Shown: one piece after another, positions 1 to 10,322 of the stretch
Layout of the letters: every line of letters starts with the position of its first letter
Position numbering within the stretch: the stretch's first letter is position 1
Sequence record: SRR31156797_2598
Reading direction: 5' to 3' (one strand)
DNA: 64,000 bases
Translations under genes and position numbers: made by a program
Notes under the pieces: generated by a model
What the model was told of the DNA's origin: nothing
The model's database searches: none
What the model saw: only the letters and a program-made list of their open reading frames with translations

Positions 1-649
1 AGAGTTCAGAAAGATGGAAGGTATCACACTTGATCCTGATACAATGACCATGTACCTAGCTATCTCTGAGGTAGCCAGAGGTATGGAGAACAACAAGAAG
101 AACGGTAAATCCACTGATAAATACGATGGCGGCGGATACAACGACATCAAGCTTAATATGAACAGATGCGGTATAGTTTACGGTCTCGATCTTGATGCTA
201 ACTATACAGCACAGAATATGTACTCTGTAGTTAAGGGTAAGCCTGTAACAATAAGCTACGGCGCTTTCAACGACTCCAGAGCTTACGATAAAAACGGTCC
301 TTTCGCTAAGAACAAATGTTCCCTCGAAGGGATATCAAACCCTGACAACGTAACATTTATCCCTGGATACAGCACACTCATCATAGGTGAGGATACAGGT
401 TCAGGACATCAGAACGACTTTATCTGGTCTTACAATGTTAAGTCTAAAAAGCTCACAAGAATCCAGACAACACCTTACGGTTCTGAGACAACATCACCAT
501 ACTTTTACCCTAACGTAAACGGGTGGGCGTATCTTATGTCTGTTATCCAGCACCCTTACGGTGAGTCTGACAAAGACAAAACAACACCTGGATCTGAGGC
601 TACTAAAGGTTACACAGGCTATGTTGGTCCTTTCCCTGCAATGGACTAA
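1..649 (+). CDS. phoX: PhoX-family alkaline phosphatase (DUF839), C-terminal part; 5'-truncated by window edge
   Basis: Frame is open upstream of ATG 14 (EFRK-MEG). PhoX-type motifs MEG..., NPDN..F, IGED, ETTSP, SVIQHP. Confidence 0.8.
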   Translation, partial: EFRKMEGITLDPDTMTMYLAISEVARGMENNKKNGKSTDKYDGGGYNDIKLNMNRCGIVYGLDLDANYTAQNMYSVVKGKPVTISYGAFNDSRAYDKNGPFAKNKCSLEGISNPDNVTFIPGYSTLIIGEDTGSGHQNDFIWSYNVKSKKLTRIQTTPYGSETTSPYFYPNVNGWAYLMSVIQHPYGESDKDKTTPGSEATKGYTGYVGPFPAMD

Positions 650-683
650 TAAGGTTAGTTTAAACTAGGATTAATTACTAAAT

Positions 684-717
684 GCACATGGGGGGTTTTG
701 CCCCTGTGTGCTTTTTT
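684..717 (+). terminator. Intrinsic terminator-like hairpin after phoX
   Basis: GCACATGGGG...CCCCTGTGTGC stem (two G-U pairs) followed by TTTTTT. Confidence 0.6.
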
Positions 718-735
718 AGTTTTAAGTGGTGTAAT

Positions 736-3732
736 ATGAGAAAAATTATTGCTTTGTTTACTTTTGTATTGGCTCTTGTTTCATTTATAGCTGCCGAAGC
801 GGCTGACATAACATCTAAAAATATGGTCAATGAGGTGGCGTATATCCCGCCGCAATGCTACACGGTGACTAAAGGTGAAAAGAAGGGCGAGGTTTATAAC
901 CCCTGTTACAGCTGTCATACATCTCCGGTTAGCCCAAACTACACCGAAGATAGCGACCTACAGCTTGAGTATGCTCTCCCTGAGTATGCTATGAAAAACC
1001 GCTGGAAAAATCTTTTTATAGATAAAACAGAAAGGGTGAATGCCATCTCTGACGAGTCGATCACAGAGTATGTCAGGAAAGGTAATTATACAGATGAAAA
1101 TGGCAGAATTATTATTGCAGATAAATTGAGAAATCTTCCTGGCGATTGGGATTTTGATAAAGACGGAGAGTGGGACGGTTACACGCCGGATTGCTATTTC
1201 AGCTTTGATAGCGAAGGCTTTGACAAAGCTCCTGACGGTTCATACACCGGCTGGCGTTCATTCGCCTATGCTCCTTTCCTCGGCACATTCTGGCCTACAA
1301 ATGGCTCTACAGATGATGTTATCATCAGGCTTGCAGAGCTGTTTAGAAAGGATAAGAACGGTAAGTTCGACATTGAAGTTTATAAGATAAATCTGGCAGT
1401 TGTAGAGGCTCTTATAAAGAGGACAGACGTTGCCATTGATACGGTAGATGAGTGGAAGTATGGAGTCGATCTTGATAAGAACGGCATAATCGGCAAGACT
1501 GATAAGGTGGCTTACGATTGGGCTCCCCTTAAAGGGAGATATATGTATTATGTCGGCACCGCTTACGAAGTTCAGAAGGCTGGCAAGGTTCATGCCTCAG
1601 CCGGGCTCTATCCTGAAGGGACAGAATTTTTGCACTCTGTTAGGTATATAGACTCTGAAAACGGCGATATCGTTCTTGCTCCCCGTATGAAAGAGCTAAG
1701 GTATGCCGTTAAAAAAATATATAAAAATTACGGCAAGCTTGAAGAGATAGCGAACGAAGAGATGAAGGAAACTTACGATTTTCCAGACAGGGTTGGTGAA
1801 TACTACGGCGATGTCGAGCAGGGGATAAGTAACTCACAAGGATGGGCTTATCAGGGATTTATAGAAGATAGTATCGGTGAGCTCAGACCTCAGACATTTG
1901 AAGAAACAGTATTCTGTATGGGGTGCCACACAAACCTCGGAGTTACTACAGACAGCACATTCGCCTTTCCTAGAAAATATAGCGAAGATGCCTACAGGAA
2001 CGGTTGGTACCACTGGACACAGAAAAGTCTGAAAGGAACCCCTGAGCATAAGGTCGAGTATGAGGATGCTGGTGTGCAGTACGAGTATTCGTTATATCTT
2101 ATGTATAATAAGGCGGGTGACGAGTTTAGAGGTAATGAAGAAGTTCTCAAAAAGTTCTTTGATGAGAACGGTAAGATAAAAGAGGATATGCTTACCAAGC
2201 TTCATGACGATGTTACGCTCCTATTGTCTCCTTCTGAAGAGCGGGCTTTAGAGCTTAATAAGGCTTATAAGGTTATAGTCGAAGACCAGAGCTTTGTTTA
2301 CGGGCGTGATGCTAATGTGAAGCCAGTAAAGAATGTCCACGACATTATAAAAGAGGATGAGCTTGAGACAGGGGTTGAGCAGCCGCTTATCAAAGTAAAA
2401 TACAGTGATTCATTTGAACTTGAGAATATGGCTGCGGATATCTCAGCATCAGATAAACTCATATCTGAGGTTCACGGTAAAGGGATGGCTGGTCCTGACG
2501 GTAAGCGTTACGGTGTGGACTGGCAAGGCGTTATAAGCAGAAGCAGGTATGCCACTGGTGATAAAGATATACATTTTACCTTTCCTGAAAGGCTCACGCT
2601 ACCGACAAGATTTCTCGTTGCTAATGGAAAGAATAAAGGGTGCTACTCCTGCCACAGGATGAGTGCTCCTGTTCCATCTGCTAACCCGAGCGTGGATGTT
2701 AAGCTGACACAAACGGTTTCTGATGACACGTTTAAAGAAGATGTAAGCATGAGACCTCTCACAAAAAGTAAAGAACAGGATACCACTGCTGTGTGGAGTC
2801 CTGACGGAGAGAAGATAGCTTTTGCTAGCGACCGTACTGGGAGATATCAGATATGGGTGATGAACGCTGACGGCTCAGGCGAGAGGCAGCTAACCCGGGG
2901 TAAACATATACATGGCTGGCCTATGTGGAGTCCGGATTCTAAGAAGCTTGTTTTTTGGGGACATAACGACAGGAAAACCTCATACATTAAGACGGCTGAC
3001 CTCAGCTCGGGTAGGGTCAGGACACTTCTTAAATCTAAATCGGACATTAATAGACCTGCGTTTAGTCCTGATGGGAAATATATCGCATACAGCGCCGTCA
3101 CAGACAGAAACTGGGATGTTTGGGTTATGACTGCAGACGGTAAAAAGAAGTACAGACTCACAACTGATAAGTCTATGGAGTCTAACCCTATATGGAATTC
3201 TGACGGTTCAGCTCTCGCATATAAAGTCGCATCTGCTGGAGAGTACGGACTGACCATTGAAAGATTTATGACCTTCGAAGAAGGTGTAGATAAGCCGAAG
3301 ATATACGACTGGAACGGTCCGCAGGCTATACAGATGAGCGATTGGAGCAGTAATGACAAGAAGGTCGCCTATACAGCAGAAGTTGTAACAGATGCATCAG
3401 GCAAGGACAGGGTTAGCTACAAGATCATCGTTTCTGACTACACCCTTAAAGATGAAAAAGCTGGAAGCAACCATGTGCTTATCTCAAAGGATTATACTCT
3501 CGGCGACAGAGGGGCACAGTTCTCGCCGGACAGCCAGAAGATTATATTCTGGGCTTGGGATAAAAACTATAGATCTACCATCTGGATAGCAAATGCTGAC
3601 GGGACAGGACTGAAACAGCTTACGAAGAATGGATATGATTCATATCCTATGTGGAGCCCTGACGGTTCTAAGGTTGTTTTTGAGTCAAATAGGGGCGGCG
3701 GTAATAATTTGTGGGTTATGGATATTAATTGA
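736..3732 (+). CDS. Exported c-type heme protein (3 CxxCH) fused to a TolB-like/PD40 beta-propeller
   Basis: Signal peptide from ATG 736 (MRKIIALFTF...AAEA). Motifs CYSCH, CMGCH, CYSCH. Repeated (W/F)SPDG/SPDS propeller blades in the C-terminal third. Confidence 0.75.
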   Translation: MRKIIALFTFVLALVSFIAAEAADITSKNMVNEVAYIPPQCYTVTKGEKKGEVYNPCYSCHTSPVSPNYTEDSDLQLEYALPEYAMKNRWKNLFIDKTERVNAISDESITEYVRKGNYTDENGRIIIADKLRNLPGDWDFDKDGEWDGYTPDCYFSFDSEGFDKAPDGSYTGWRSFAYAPFLGTFWPTNGSTDDVIIRLAELFRKDKNGKFDIEVYKINLAVVEALIKRTDVAIDTVDEWKYGVDLDKNGIIGKTDKVAYDWAPLKGRYMYYVGTAYEVQKAGKVHASAGLYPEGTEFLHSVRYIDSENGDIVLAPRMKELRYAVKKIYKNYGKLEEIANEEMKETYDFPDRVGEYYGDVEQGISNSQGWAYQGFIEDSIGELRPQTFEETVFCMGCHTNLGVTTDSTFAFPRKYSEDAYRNGWYHWTQKSLKGTPEHKVEYEDAGVQYEYSLYLMYNKAGDEFRGNEEVLKKFFDENGKIKEDMLTKLHDDVTLLLSPSEERALELNKAYKVIVEDQSFVYGRDANVKPVKNVHDIIKEDELETGVEQPLIKVKYSDSFELENMAADISASDKLISEVHGKGMAGPDGKRYGVDWQGVISRSRYATGDKDIHFTFPERLTLPTRFLVANGKNKGCYSCHRMSAPVPSANPSVDVKLTQTVSDDTFKEDVSMRPLTKSKEQDTTAVWSPDGEKIAFASDRTGRYQIWVMNADGSGERQLTRGKHIHGWPMWSPDSKKLVFWGHNDRKTSYIKTADLSSGRVRTLLKSKSDINRPAFSPDGKYIAYSAVTDRNWDVWVMTADGKKKYRLTTDKSMESNPIWNSDGSALAYKVASAGEYGLTIERFMTFEEGVDKPKIYDWNGPQAIQMSDWSSNDKKVAYTAEVVTDASGKDRVSYKIIVSDYTLKDEKAGSNHVLISKDYTLGDRGAQFSPDSQKIIFWAWDKNYRSTIWIANADGTGLKQLTKNGYDSYPMWSPDGSKVVFESNRGGGNNLWVMDIN

Positions 3733-3736
3733 CATT

Positions 3737-3767
3737 AAAAAAGCCTCCCGCTTGGGAGGCTTTATTT
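3737..3767. terminator. Bidirectional intrinsic terminator
   Basis: AAAAAAGCCTCCC-GCTT-GGGAGGCTTTATTT between convergent ORFs. Confidence 0.8.
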
Positions 3768-3789
3768 CTAAACTGGTTTAACGCAAAAA

Positions 3790-3894
3790 TTACTTAAGTG
3801 CTTTCTTAAGTTTTTTGATTTTTTTAGTCTGTTTTGCAACTTTTCCTTTTCTTTTCTTCAGTTCTTTTTTTAATGCTTTTGTTGATTTTGCCAT
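3790..3894 (-). CDS. Small Lys-rich basic protein, 34 aa (MAKSTKALKKELKKRKGKVAKQTKKIKKLKKALK)
   Basis: Translated by hand. Perfect AAGGAGG SD 6 nt upstream; terminator directly downstream. Below the ORF-track cutoff. Confidence 0.75.
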   Translation of the reverse strand: MAKSTKALKKELKKRKGKVAKQTKKIKKLKKALK

Positions 3895-4190
3895 GTTTGG
3901 CCTCCTTGTTTTTATTTGGTTTTACATATTTAACCATATGTTTGACATTTTTCAAACATAAATTTCAAATTATTTTATAAAAAGTGTGAATTTTGCTTAA
4001 AAAAAAGCATTAAAATAGGCAAGAAATAAATAAGTATTTTTTTTATGTAATCAGTAAAAAAAATGGATATTATGAAAAATTACTGTTTAAGACGACATTT
4101 TATAGAGCCCCAGCGCCACACAGGGCTCTATATGTTTAAATTGTCAGATGTAGATGAGCTGTAATTAAGTTGTAAGGAGGTGTGGATATT

Positions 4191-4742
4191 CTAGGTTTTG
4201 CTCAGCTTTTCAGAAAATTTCTCATACAAATATCCTAATAAAACCGCAAAGACACCATTTGCTATGAAGAAGTATGTAAGACCCACTATACCGAGCACTC
4301 CGGAACCTGCGAAACCTTTACCCAGCAGAGGTAAAACAACAACACTGTTAAACAGCCACGGCAGCAAAGCGAAGATCGCCCCTTTTCTGATGCCTGGCCC
4401 CGCCAGATATTTCTCAATGACATATACATAGAGTATAGACATCATAAAACCTATGAATGAGTGAAAAAAGATGTAGAAAAGCAGTGTCCCTGGCTGTGGC
4501 AGACCGAGAGATGTCCAGACCCCGCTTAAGCCTAAGTCTGTGAAAGTGCCTCCGAAATGCTTTCTAAGCAGCCCGAAAAGACCGCCAGCACCAGCTTTAA
4601 TCTTGATAACAGGTGCTATTTTCAGCATAAAAGTGTTTACCGCTATTGCAATAACCGCAGCTGAAAACATCGCCTGCAATTTCTTCGAACCTTTAAGTGT
4701 GATTCTGACAGCACGCTCATCGCTCGTTGTAAAAATTTGCAT
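4191..4742 (-). CDS. Integral membrane protein of unknown function (about 4 TM, DUF6789-like)
   Basis: Hydrophobic segments and a LPWLFN..VVLPLLG.G motif. GGAGG SD before ATG 4742. Confidence 0.6.
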   Translation of the reverse strand: MQIFTTSDERAVRITLKGSKKLQAMFSAAVIAIAVNTFMLKIAPVIKIKAGAGGLFGLLRKHFGGTFTDLGLSGVWTSLGLPQPGTLLFYIFFHSFIGFMMSILYVYVIEKYLAGPGIRKGAIFALLPWLFNSVVVLPLLGKGFAGSGVLGIVGLTYFFIANGVFAVLLGYLYEKFSEKLSKT

Positions 4743-4884
4743 GATAAAACCTCCATAAATGTGATGGAACAATAAAATTTATGAAACAGTATTATCATGC
4801 GACCCATTTAGGGGAAAGAAAACAATTGTGAATAAATGTGAGAGAGTAACAACTTACAGTCATTGCGTAAAAGCGTATCCGGAT

Positions 4885-4910
4885 TTGACATTTGTTGACA
4901 TTTGTTTACT
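4885..4910 (+). promoter_or_regulatory. Tandem 10-bp-period direct repeats, candidate OmpR/PhoB-family binding site
   Basis: TTGACA-tttg-TTGACA-tttg-TTTACT upstream of the P460/HK/RR genes. Confidence 0.5.
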
Positions 4911-4956
4911 CCACTATAACAACACAGCCTGAATATTAGTTTATCATTAAATCATT

Positions 4957-4974
4957 AGATGTTGCGCAACATCT
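4957..4974. promoter_or_regulatory. Perfect 18-bp palindrome, candidate operator or 5' hairpin
   Basis: AGATGTTGCGCAACATCT. Confidence 0.45.
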
Positions 4975-5056
4975 GGCAGAAGCACCTGAGCGAGAGACAT
5001 ATGGTTGCCTATGCCGCTATTTGCATAATGAATTATATTTTATTTAGGAGTAGAGA

Positions 5057-5620
5057 ATGAGTAAGAAAACTATATCACGTAAAATCTTATTGACTTTAGG
5101 TTTCCTGTTAGCACTGAGTGTTATTTCGGTCGCTTATGCTGACCATCATACTAAAAAAACTGAAAATAAAATACCGCCCCCTACGGCAAACGGCATCGAG
5201 TTTCCTGTAAACTATCAGGAGTGGGATGTTGTCTCTGTTGTACACCGTGCAGACCACGGAACCATCAGGGTTATTCTCGGTAATCCACAGGCTATACACG
5301 CTATTGAAGAGGGGAAAACAAACCCTTGGCCGGATGGAGTTGTTTTAGGTAAGCTAGTATGGAAGAATAAGAAAGCTGACTATGTAAGCGACGGGACAAT
5401 CCCTGGGGATTTTTATCATGCTGAGTTTATGATAAAAGACGCCAAAAAATATAAAGAGACCGGCGGATGGGGATGGGCTCGCTGGAAAGGTGTTGAGCAG
5501 AAGCCTTTTGGTAAAGATAAGGTGAGTGCTCACGAATCTTGTGTAAGCTGTCACTCTCAGGTTGAAGATAGGGACTGGGCGTTTACAGAACCGGCAATTA
5601 TTCCGAAAAGGATTAAGTAA
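5057..5620 (+). CDS. Cytochrome P460 / c'-beta family periplasmic heme protein
   Basis: Signal peptide; WPDG..LGK, MIKD, TGGWGW motifs; C-terminal CVSCH followed by D.AF. Confidence 0.85.
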   Translation: MSKKTISRKILLTLGFLLALSVISVAYADHHTKKTENKIPPPTANGIEFPVNYQEWDVVSVVHRADHGTIRVILGNPQAIHAIEEGKTNPWPDGVVLGKLVWKNKKADYVSDGTIPGDFYHAEFMIKDAKKYKETGGWGWARWKGVEQKPFGKDKVSAHESCVSCHSQVEDRDWAFTEPAIIPKRIK

Positions 5621-5706
5621 GACTTTGGTGCCGTGTCGGCCTATGATTCCCCTTTGTTGCGTATAGCTAAACAGGTTGGCACGGCTTTCTTAAAGTAAGA
5701 GGCACT

Positions 5707-7245
5707 ATGTATAAACTGAACCATACTGCGGGTTCCGGCATAAAGACTGTAATCTTTTTCTCGGCTCTGGTGCTCTGCATAATCTTATTCCTTGCTGTAC
5801 TCGGTTATAATTATCTGACCTTTCGAAATGTTCTTATGCTTGATGCCGCTGCAAGAAGTGGGCGTATGTCACTTAGAGCACAGTCGCAGAATCTTGAGAG
5901 AAATATTTATAAGCTCGAACATAGGATGATACTTGATGCTGCTTCAAACTGCCCGGAGGCTTTTACTGAGGAAAACCTTGTCGACTATAGCCGGAAATAT
6001 CCAATGATTTCAAATCTTTGTGTGCGTGATGGCGATGAGATATTGTGCAGCAGCAGAGAGATAAATGGCTGGTTTGAAGAGCAGTTAGAAGAGGATGATG
6101 AGCTGGCTAACTTGACTCCGCTGACACTGTATCATTTTGCAGGTTATTTAGAAAAAGATAAGCCCGTTCAGGCAGGTGCTGTTCTTATTCCGAAGAAGAT
6201 TCCTGATAACGACCCGCTTGTCCTTTTGTATACACTTGATCTTGATTATATAAATAATACTCTGATGCCTGCATCCATTGATGCAAAAAATCCTTTTTTG
6301 GCGGGCAGTGAGTTTATACTTAGCGAACCCTTTTCAGAAGAGGATAAGACCGACCGCAACAAGCTGTATATCGAGTACGGTTTTCAGGACATACTACCAT
6401 TCTGGATGGTTAGCTCGTATATAAACGCAACAGATATGCGAAGTCGTGCCAGAATGGAGATTGTCAACTATATGGGGTTTATAGTTTTGCTGGTGCTTCT
6501 GACACTGTCCAGCAGCTATTTTATATGGAAACAGATGTGGCAGGAGCGTGAGTTTTCAAAGGTTAAGTCGCAGATGATGTCACACGTCTCACATGAACTG
6601 AAGACTCCTCTTTCACTCATTCGTATGTACTCTGAGACACTTATGCTTGGGCGGGTGAATGAAGAGAAATCGCTTAATTACTATCAGACAATCTTAAGTG
6701 AGTGTGATCGTCTACACCTTCTCATAAACAATGTTCTGGATATTTCAAGTATCGAAAAAGGTATGAAGGAGTATAATTTTACTAAAGGTGATATTGCCGC
6801 TGTTGTTGGGGATATGGTCTCGTCTTATGAAGCGTATATCAAGGGGCATGGGTTTAGATTTTACGCATATATTAGCGATGATCTGCCTGAGTTTTACTTT
6901 GACAGGCAGGCAGTGAATCAGATAGTCGGTAATCTGTTAGATAATGCTATGAAGTTTAGCCCTGATGAGAAATATATCGATGTAGGGATGGATAGGTATT
7001 CAAACTGGATCAGGCTGACTGTAAAAGATCATGGTATTGGGGTGGAGCCTGAACAGCTTGATACTATTTTTAAACCATATCAAAGATTAAGTGAAAGATA
7101 TAGAGGCTCTGGGCTTGGGCTATCTCTGGTGAAACACAGTGTTGAGGCGCATTCCGGGACAATCTCGGTTTCAAGTAACCCGGGAGAGGGGAGCACCTTT
7201 ACTGTGATCTTACCTATACTTAAAGGGGATGTCGATGTTGTTTAA
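5707..7245 (+). CDS. Membrane sensor histidine kinase
   Basis: Two TM segments, H-box SHELKTPL, N-box NLLDNAMK, DHGIG and GSGLGL. Confidence 0.95.
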   Translation: MYKLNHTAGSGIKTVIFFSALVLCIILFLAVLGYNYLTFRNVLMLDAAARSGRMSLRAQSQNLERNIYKLEHRMILDAASNCPEAFTEENLVDYSRKYPMISNLCVRDGDEILCSSREINGWFEEQLEEDDELANLTPLTLYHFAGYLEKDKPVQAGAVLIPKKIPDNDPLVLLYTLDLDYINNTLMPASIDAKNPFLAGSEFILSEPFSEEDKTDRNKLYIEYGFQDILPFWMVSSYINATDMRSRARMEIVNYMGFIVLLVLLTLSSSYFIWKQMWQEREFSKVKSQMMSHVSHELKTPLSLIRMYSETLMLGRVNEEKSLNYYQTILSECDRLHLLINNVLDISSIEKGMKEYNFTKGDIAAVVGDMVSSYEAYIKGHGFRFYAYISDDLPEFYFDRQAVNQIVGNLLDNAMKFSPDEKYIDVGMDRYSNWIRLTVKDHGIGVEPEQLDTIFKPYQRLSERYRGSGLGLSLVKHSVEAHSGTISVSSNPGEGSTFTVILPILKGDVDVV

Positions 7246-7951
7246 GGGTAAAAAGATTTTGGTGATAGAAGACGATGTGTATATGCGTGCGGGGCTGCGG
7301 GATAATCTAGAGTTTGAAGGCTATAAAGTCTTTGTTACTGACAGTGGTGAGGAGGGGCTAAGGCTTTTCCAGAAACACCAGCCAGATCTGATAATACTCG
7401 ATGTTATGCTGACCGGTATTGATGGTATAGAGGTTTGCAGAAAGCTGAGGGCGGAGAAGAAACATGTGCCTATTATAATGCTTTCTGTCAGGAGCAGTGA
7501 GGTGGATAAGGTTCTGGGGCTTGAGACAGGCGCAGACGACTATATGACAAAGCCTTTTGGGATAAAAGAGTTAGCAGCCAGAATAAAAGTTGTACTAAGG
7601 CGTTTTGAGGCAAAACCTCTGGAAGATTTATATAAACTTGGCGATATCGAAGTTGATATTATGCGTCAGGAAGTCAGAAAGAAGGGGAGGTTGATTGAAT
7701 TCACAGCAAAGGAGTTTGATCTGCTTAAATATTTTCTGGAAAACAACGGGAAACCTCTCTCAAGAGAGCTTTTGCTGGAGCAGGTTTGGGGGCAAAGCGT
7801 GGAAACAACAACCAGAACTGTAGATACGCATGTTTTGAAACTGCGGAAGAAATTAGAAAAATCTCCCGATTCTCCTAAATATCTTGTTACGATATACGGT
7901 GTTGGCTATAAATTTAAATATTACAATTCACCTGCTGAACCGATAGTTTGA
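7229..7951 (+). CDS. OmpR/PhoB-family response regulator (start possibly 7235)
   Basis: Receiver domain (EDD, LDVML, KPF) plus winged helix (RTVDTHV..LR, GVGY). Confidence 0.95.
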   Translation: MSMLFKGKKILVIEDDVYMRAGLRDNLEFEGYKVFVTDSGEEGLRLFQKHQPDLIILDVMLTGIDGIEVCRKLRAEKKHVPIIMLSVRSSEVDKVLGLETGADDYMTKPFGIKELAARIKVVLRRFEAKPLEDLYKLGDIEVDIMRQEVRKKGRLIEFTAKEFDLLKYFLENNGKPLSRELLLEQVWGQSVETTTRTVDTHVLKLRKKLEKSPDSPKYLVTIYGVGYKFKYYNSPAEPIV

Positions 7952-8011
7952 TGCTAAGGTTCACTATAACTGCACTTCATAATTAATAGATAAAATCATA
8001 TATCGCATAAC

Positions 8012-8797
8012 TTAGTTAACCTGCTTGGCTGTAAGGATTTCTGCTGTTTTTTTGAGTTCCGATGAGCCTATCCTGCACTGAGCTCCTATAAAGCTGATAA
8101 GGTCGGATTCTCTCTTGATTTCCTTTATGAAATTCTCCATATGACCATATTTGTGCTGTCCTAATGATTCTGTTTTCCTGTAATCACACTCTATTGCTGT
8201 CAGCATCTCCTGTGTGAGCATATTGTTATATTCTGCTGTGATGGCTGTGAGAAGCGCAGCAGCGAAACCTGTCCGGTCTCTTCCGGCGTTACAGTGGATA
8301 AGTGTTTTCTTATCTGCAGATATGTTTGAGATGATGCTCTTAAGTGAGGTGCAGAAATGCTTACGCATATTGTCGTCTTGCCAGCGTGTCATGATCTCCA
8401 TACTGTCGAGTTTTGATTCGAAAGTCGGCACAAGTCCTACGTTCGCTGTGTGCTTATCATAGTCCCAGCAGTAAAACATTTTATTTACAGCGGGGTCAAA
8501 GTTCATAGAGATGATCTTATCTGGATTGCCCACCTTGTTGCAGTTCCAGCCTGAAAACCAGCCGTTTGAGCGGAAGAATACGCCTTCTCGCATGATATTT
8601 TGGTGATAGCACTGATTTATACTTTTGCCTACATCTCTGAAGTTCTTGTCTTTATATAAGCCCTCCCACCTGACTGCCAGAGTGCATTCTGTGTCTGGGA
8701 TGAAGCTCTTCGACTTGATATATATAGGGTACAGGCTCAATACAGTAAGTAAAACTATGCACACCATAAGTAGTTTGTGAAGTTTCATGATTATCAC
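8012..8797 (-). CDS. Protein-tyrosine-phosphatase-like protein with N-terminal signal/anchor
   Basis: P-loop HCNAGRDRTG (CX5R), NFRDVG motif, hydrophobic N-terminus. Confidence 0.8.
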   Translation of the reverse strand: MIIMKLHKLLMVCIVLLTVLSLYPIYIKSKSFIPDTECTLAVRWEGLYKDKNFRDVGKSINQCYHQNIMREGVFFRSNGWFSGWNCNKVGNPDKIISMNFDPAVNKMFYCWDYDKHTANVGLVPTFESKLDSMEIMTRWQDDNMRKHFCTSLKSIISNISADKKTLIHCNAGRDRTGFAAALLTAITAEYNNMLTQEMLTAIECDYRKTESLGQHKYGHMENFIKEIKRESDLISFIGAQCRIGSSELKKTAEILTAKQVN

Positions 8798-8984
8798 CTT
8801 TAAGCGATCTTATTTAATAAAAGTCAGAAAAACTGCAGATGAAATTAAAATTTTATAAAGTTTTGAATGTTAAACTATTTTTATGCATCCACGCATAGGA
8901 TTTTACAAATAATTATACTTAATATGCACTTAACAAGAACTAATACTGTTAATTTACTGTTTTATCTTATCCGAGAGTGGAAAC

Positions 8985-10322
8985 ATGAAGAAGTTCTTAG
9001 GCTTTTCGCATTATATTAATGTGCTAGTATTTGGTATTATTGCGCTTTTTGGCAGAACATATGAGCATAGCCTCTCCGGTGATAATATCCTTTATGCAGG
9101 AATTTCAAGAAATATACTCACATCTGAAAACCCTCTCATAATGACTTCGGGAGGTGAGGTGTACCTCAATAAGCCACCACTGTTTTTTTGGCTGAATTCT
9201 CTGTTTATATACATTTTCGGAAACAATACATTCGGAGCGAAATTTGTATCAATAATATTTACTATATTACTGCTGATATTAATATTTAAATTAGCATCTG
9301 AAACATTTCAAAGCACCAATATAGGTTACCTTTCGGTACTGTTTTTCCTTGTTAATTATATAGTTTTCAAAAATGCTCAGGCGTGCAGGCTTGAAAGCCT
9401 TGTGACTTTACTGTTGATGTGCGGGCTTGCCACTACCTACTACTATATCAAGACTGAGAAAATGTCATATATGCTTCTGACAGGTTTATCATGTGGTCTT
9501 GTGGTTCTTACTAAGGGACTGATGGGGATAGTATTTTTTTCTATTATTATAGTTGCATTGATAATGTTTTCAAAAGAGCTGCGAAAGCTGAAGCTTTTAA
9601 AAGATATTATTTTAAGTGCATTAGTATGCGTGATAACTTTCGGCTGGTGGTACGCCTACGCATTTGCGAATACTGATCTTTATAACATAATGATTGTTGA
9701 GCAAAGCCTGAAAAGGACAGCTATGGCAACAGGCGGTAAGTTCAAAAGCGAACCGATATACAGCTATCTCCTGCTGCTTGCGAAATACAGCTTTATAATG
9801 ATTCCGTTTTTTATACTAGGTTTCAGGAAGATTTTACAAACTAAACTCAGCCATACCGGCGTTCGGCTTTTTCTTTTCTTTACAGTAGTATACTTCATCA
9901 TGCTTCATTTTGTTTCGACTAAGTATGACAGGTACTTATTCACTATTATGCCTATGCTCGCAATGGCTTCCGGTGTTGGGCTTTCTATGCTGATTAAAAG
10001 AGATATGAAGCCTATTTTTACCGGGCTATATTTATGTTTCGCATTTATGCTCTGCGTCCTCCCTGTAGATACTGGTCAGGAGGGGTACGAAGTCCTTATT
10101 AAATCAAAAGAGGTAGCACGTAAGAACAATCTGAAAATCTGTGTGCAGGATAAATTTAAAGATCATTGGGCTCATCAGGGTGGGCTGGATTTCTACCTTG
10201 ATAAGAGTGACTATGAGGTTGGTATCTGTAGGGAAAACAGCATTAATGTCACAGATAAAAATGCAGATTGCCTTGGTGACACTCTCTACCGGAACAAAAG
10301 GCTTAGAGTGTGTATTAACTGA
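8985..10322 (+). CDS. ArnT/PMT-family (GT-C) membrane glycosyltransferase, copy 1
   Basis: YLNKPPLFFW, LTKG and RY motifs; many TM helices. Confidence 0.85.
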   Translation: MKKFLGFSHYINVLVFGIIALFGRTYEHSLSGDNILYAGISRNILTSENPLIMTSGGEVYLNKPPLFFWLNSLFIYIFGNNTFGAKFVSIIFTILLLILIFKLASETFQSTNIGYLSVLFFLVNYIVFKNAQACRLESLVTLLLMCGLATTYYYIKTEKMSYMLLTGLSCGLVVLTKGLMGIVFFSIIIVALIMFSKELRKLKLLKDIILSALVCVITFGWWYAYAFANTDLYNIMIVEQSLKRTAMATGGKFKSEPIYSYLLLLAKYSFIMIPFFILGFRKILQTKLSHTGVRLFLFFTVVYFIMLHFVSTKYDRYLFTIMPMLAMASGVGLSMLIKRDMKPIFTGLYLCFAFMLCVLPVDTGQEGYEVLIKSKEVARKNNLKICVQDKFKDHWAHQGGLDFYLDKSDYEVGICRENSINVTDKNADCLGDTLYRNKRLRVCIN

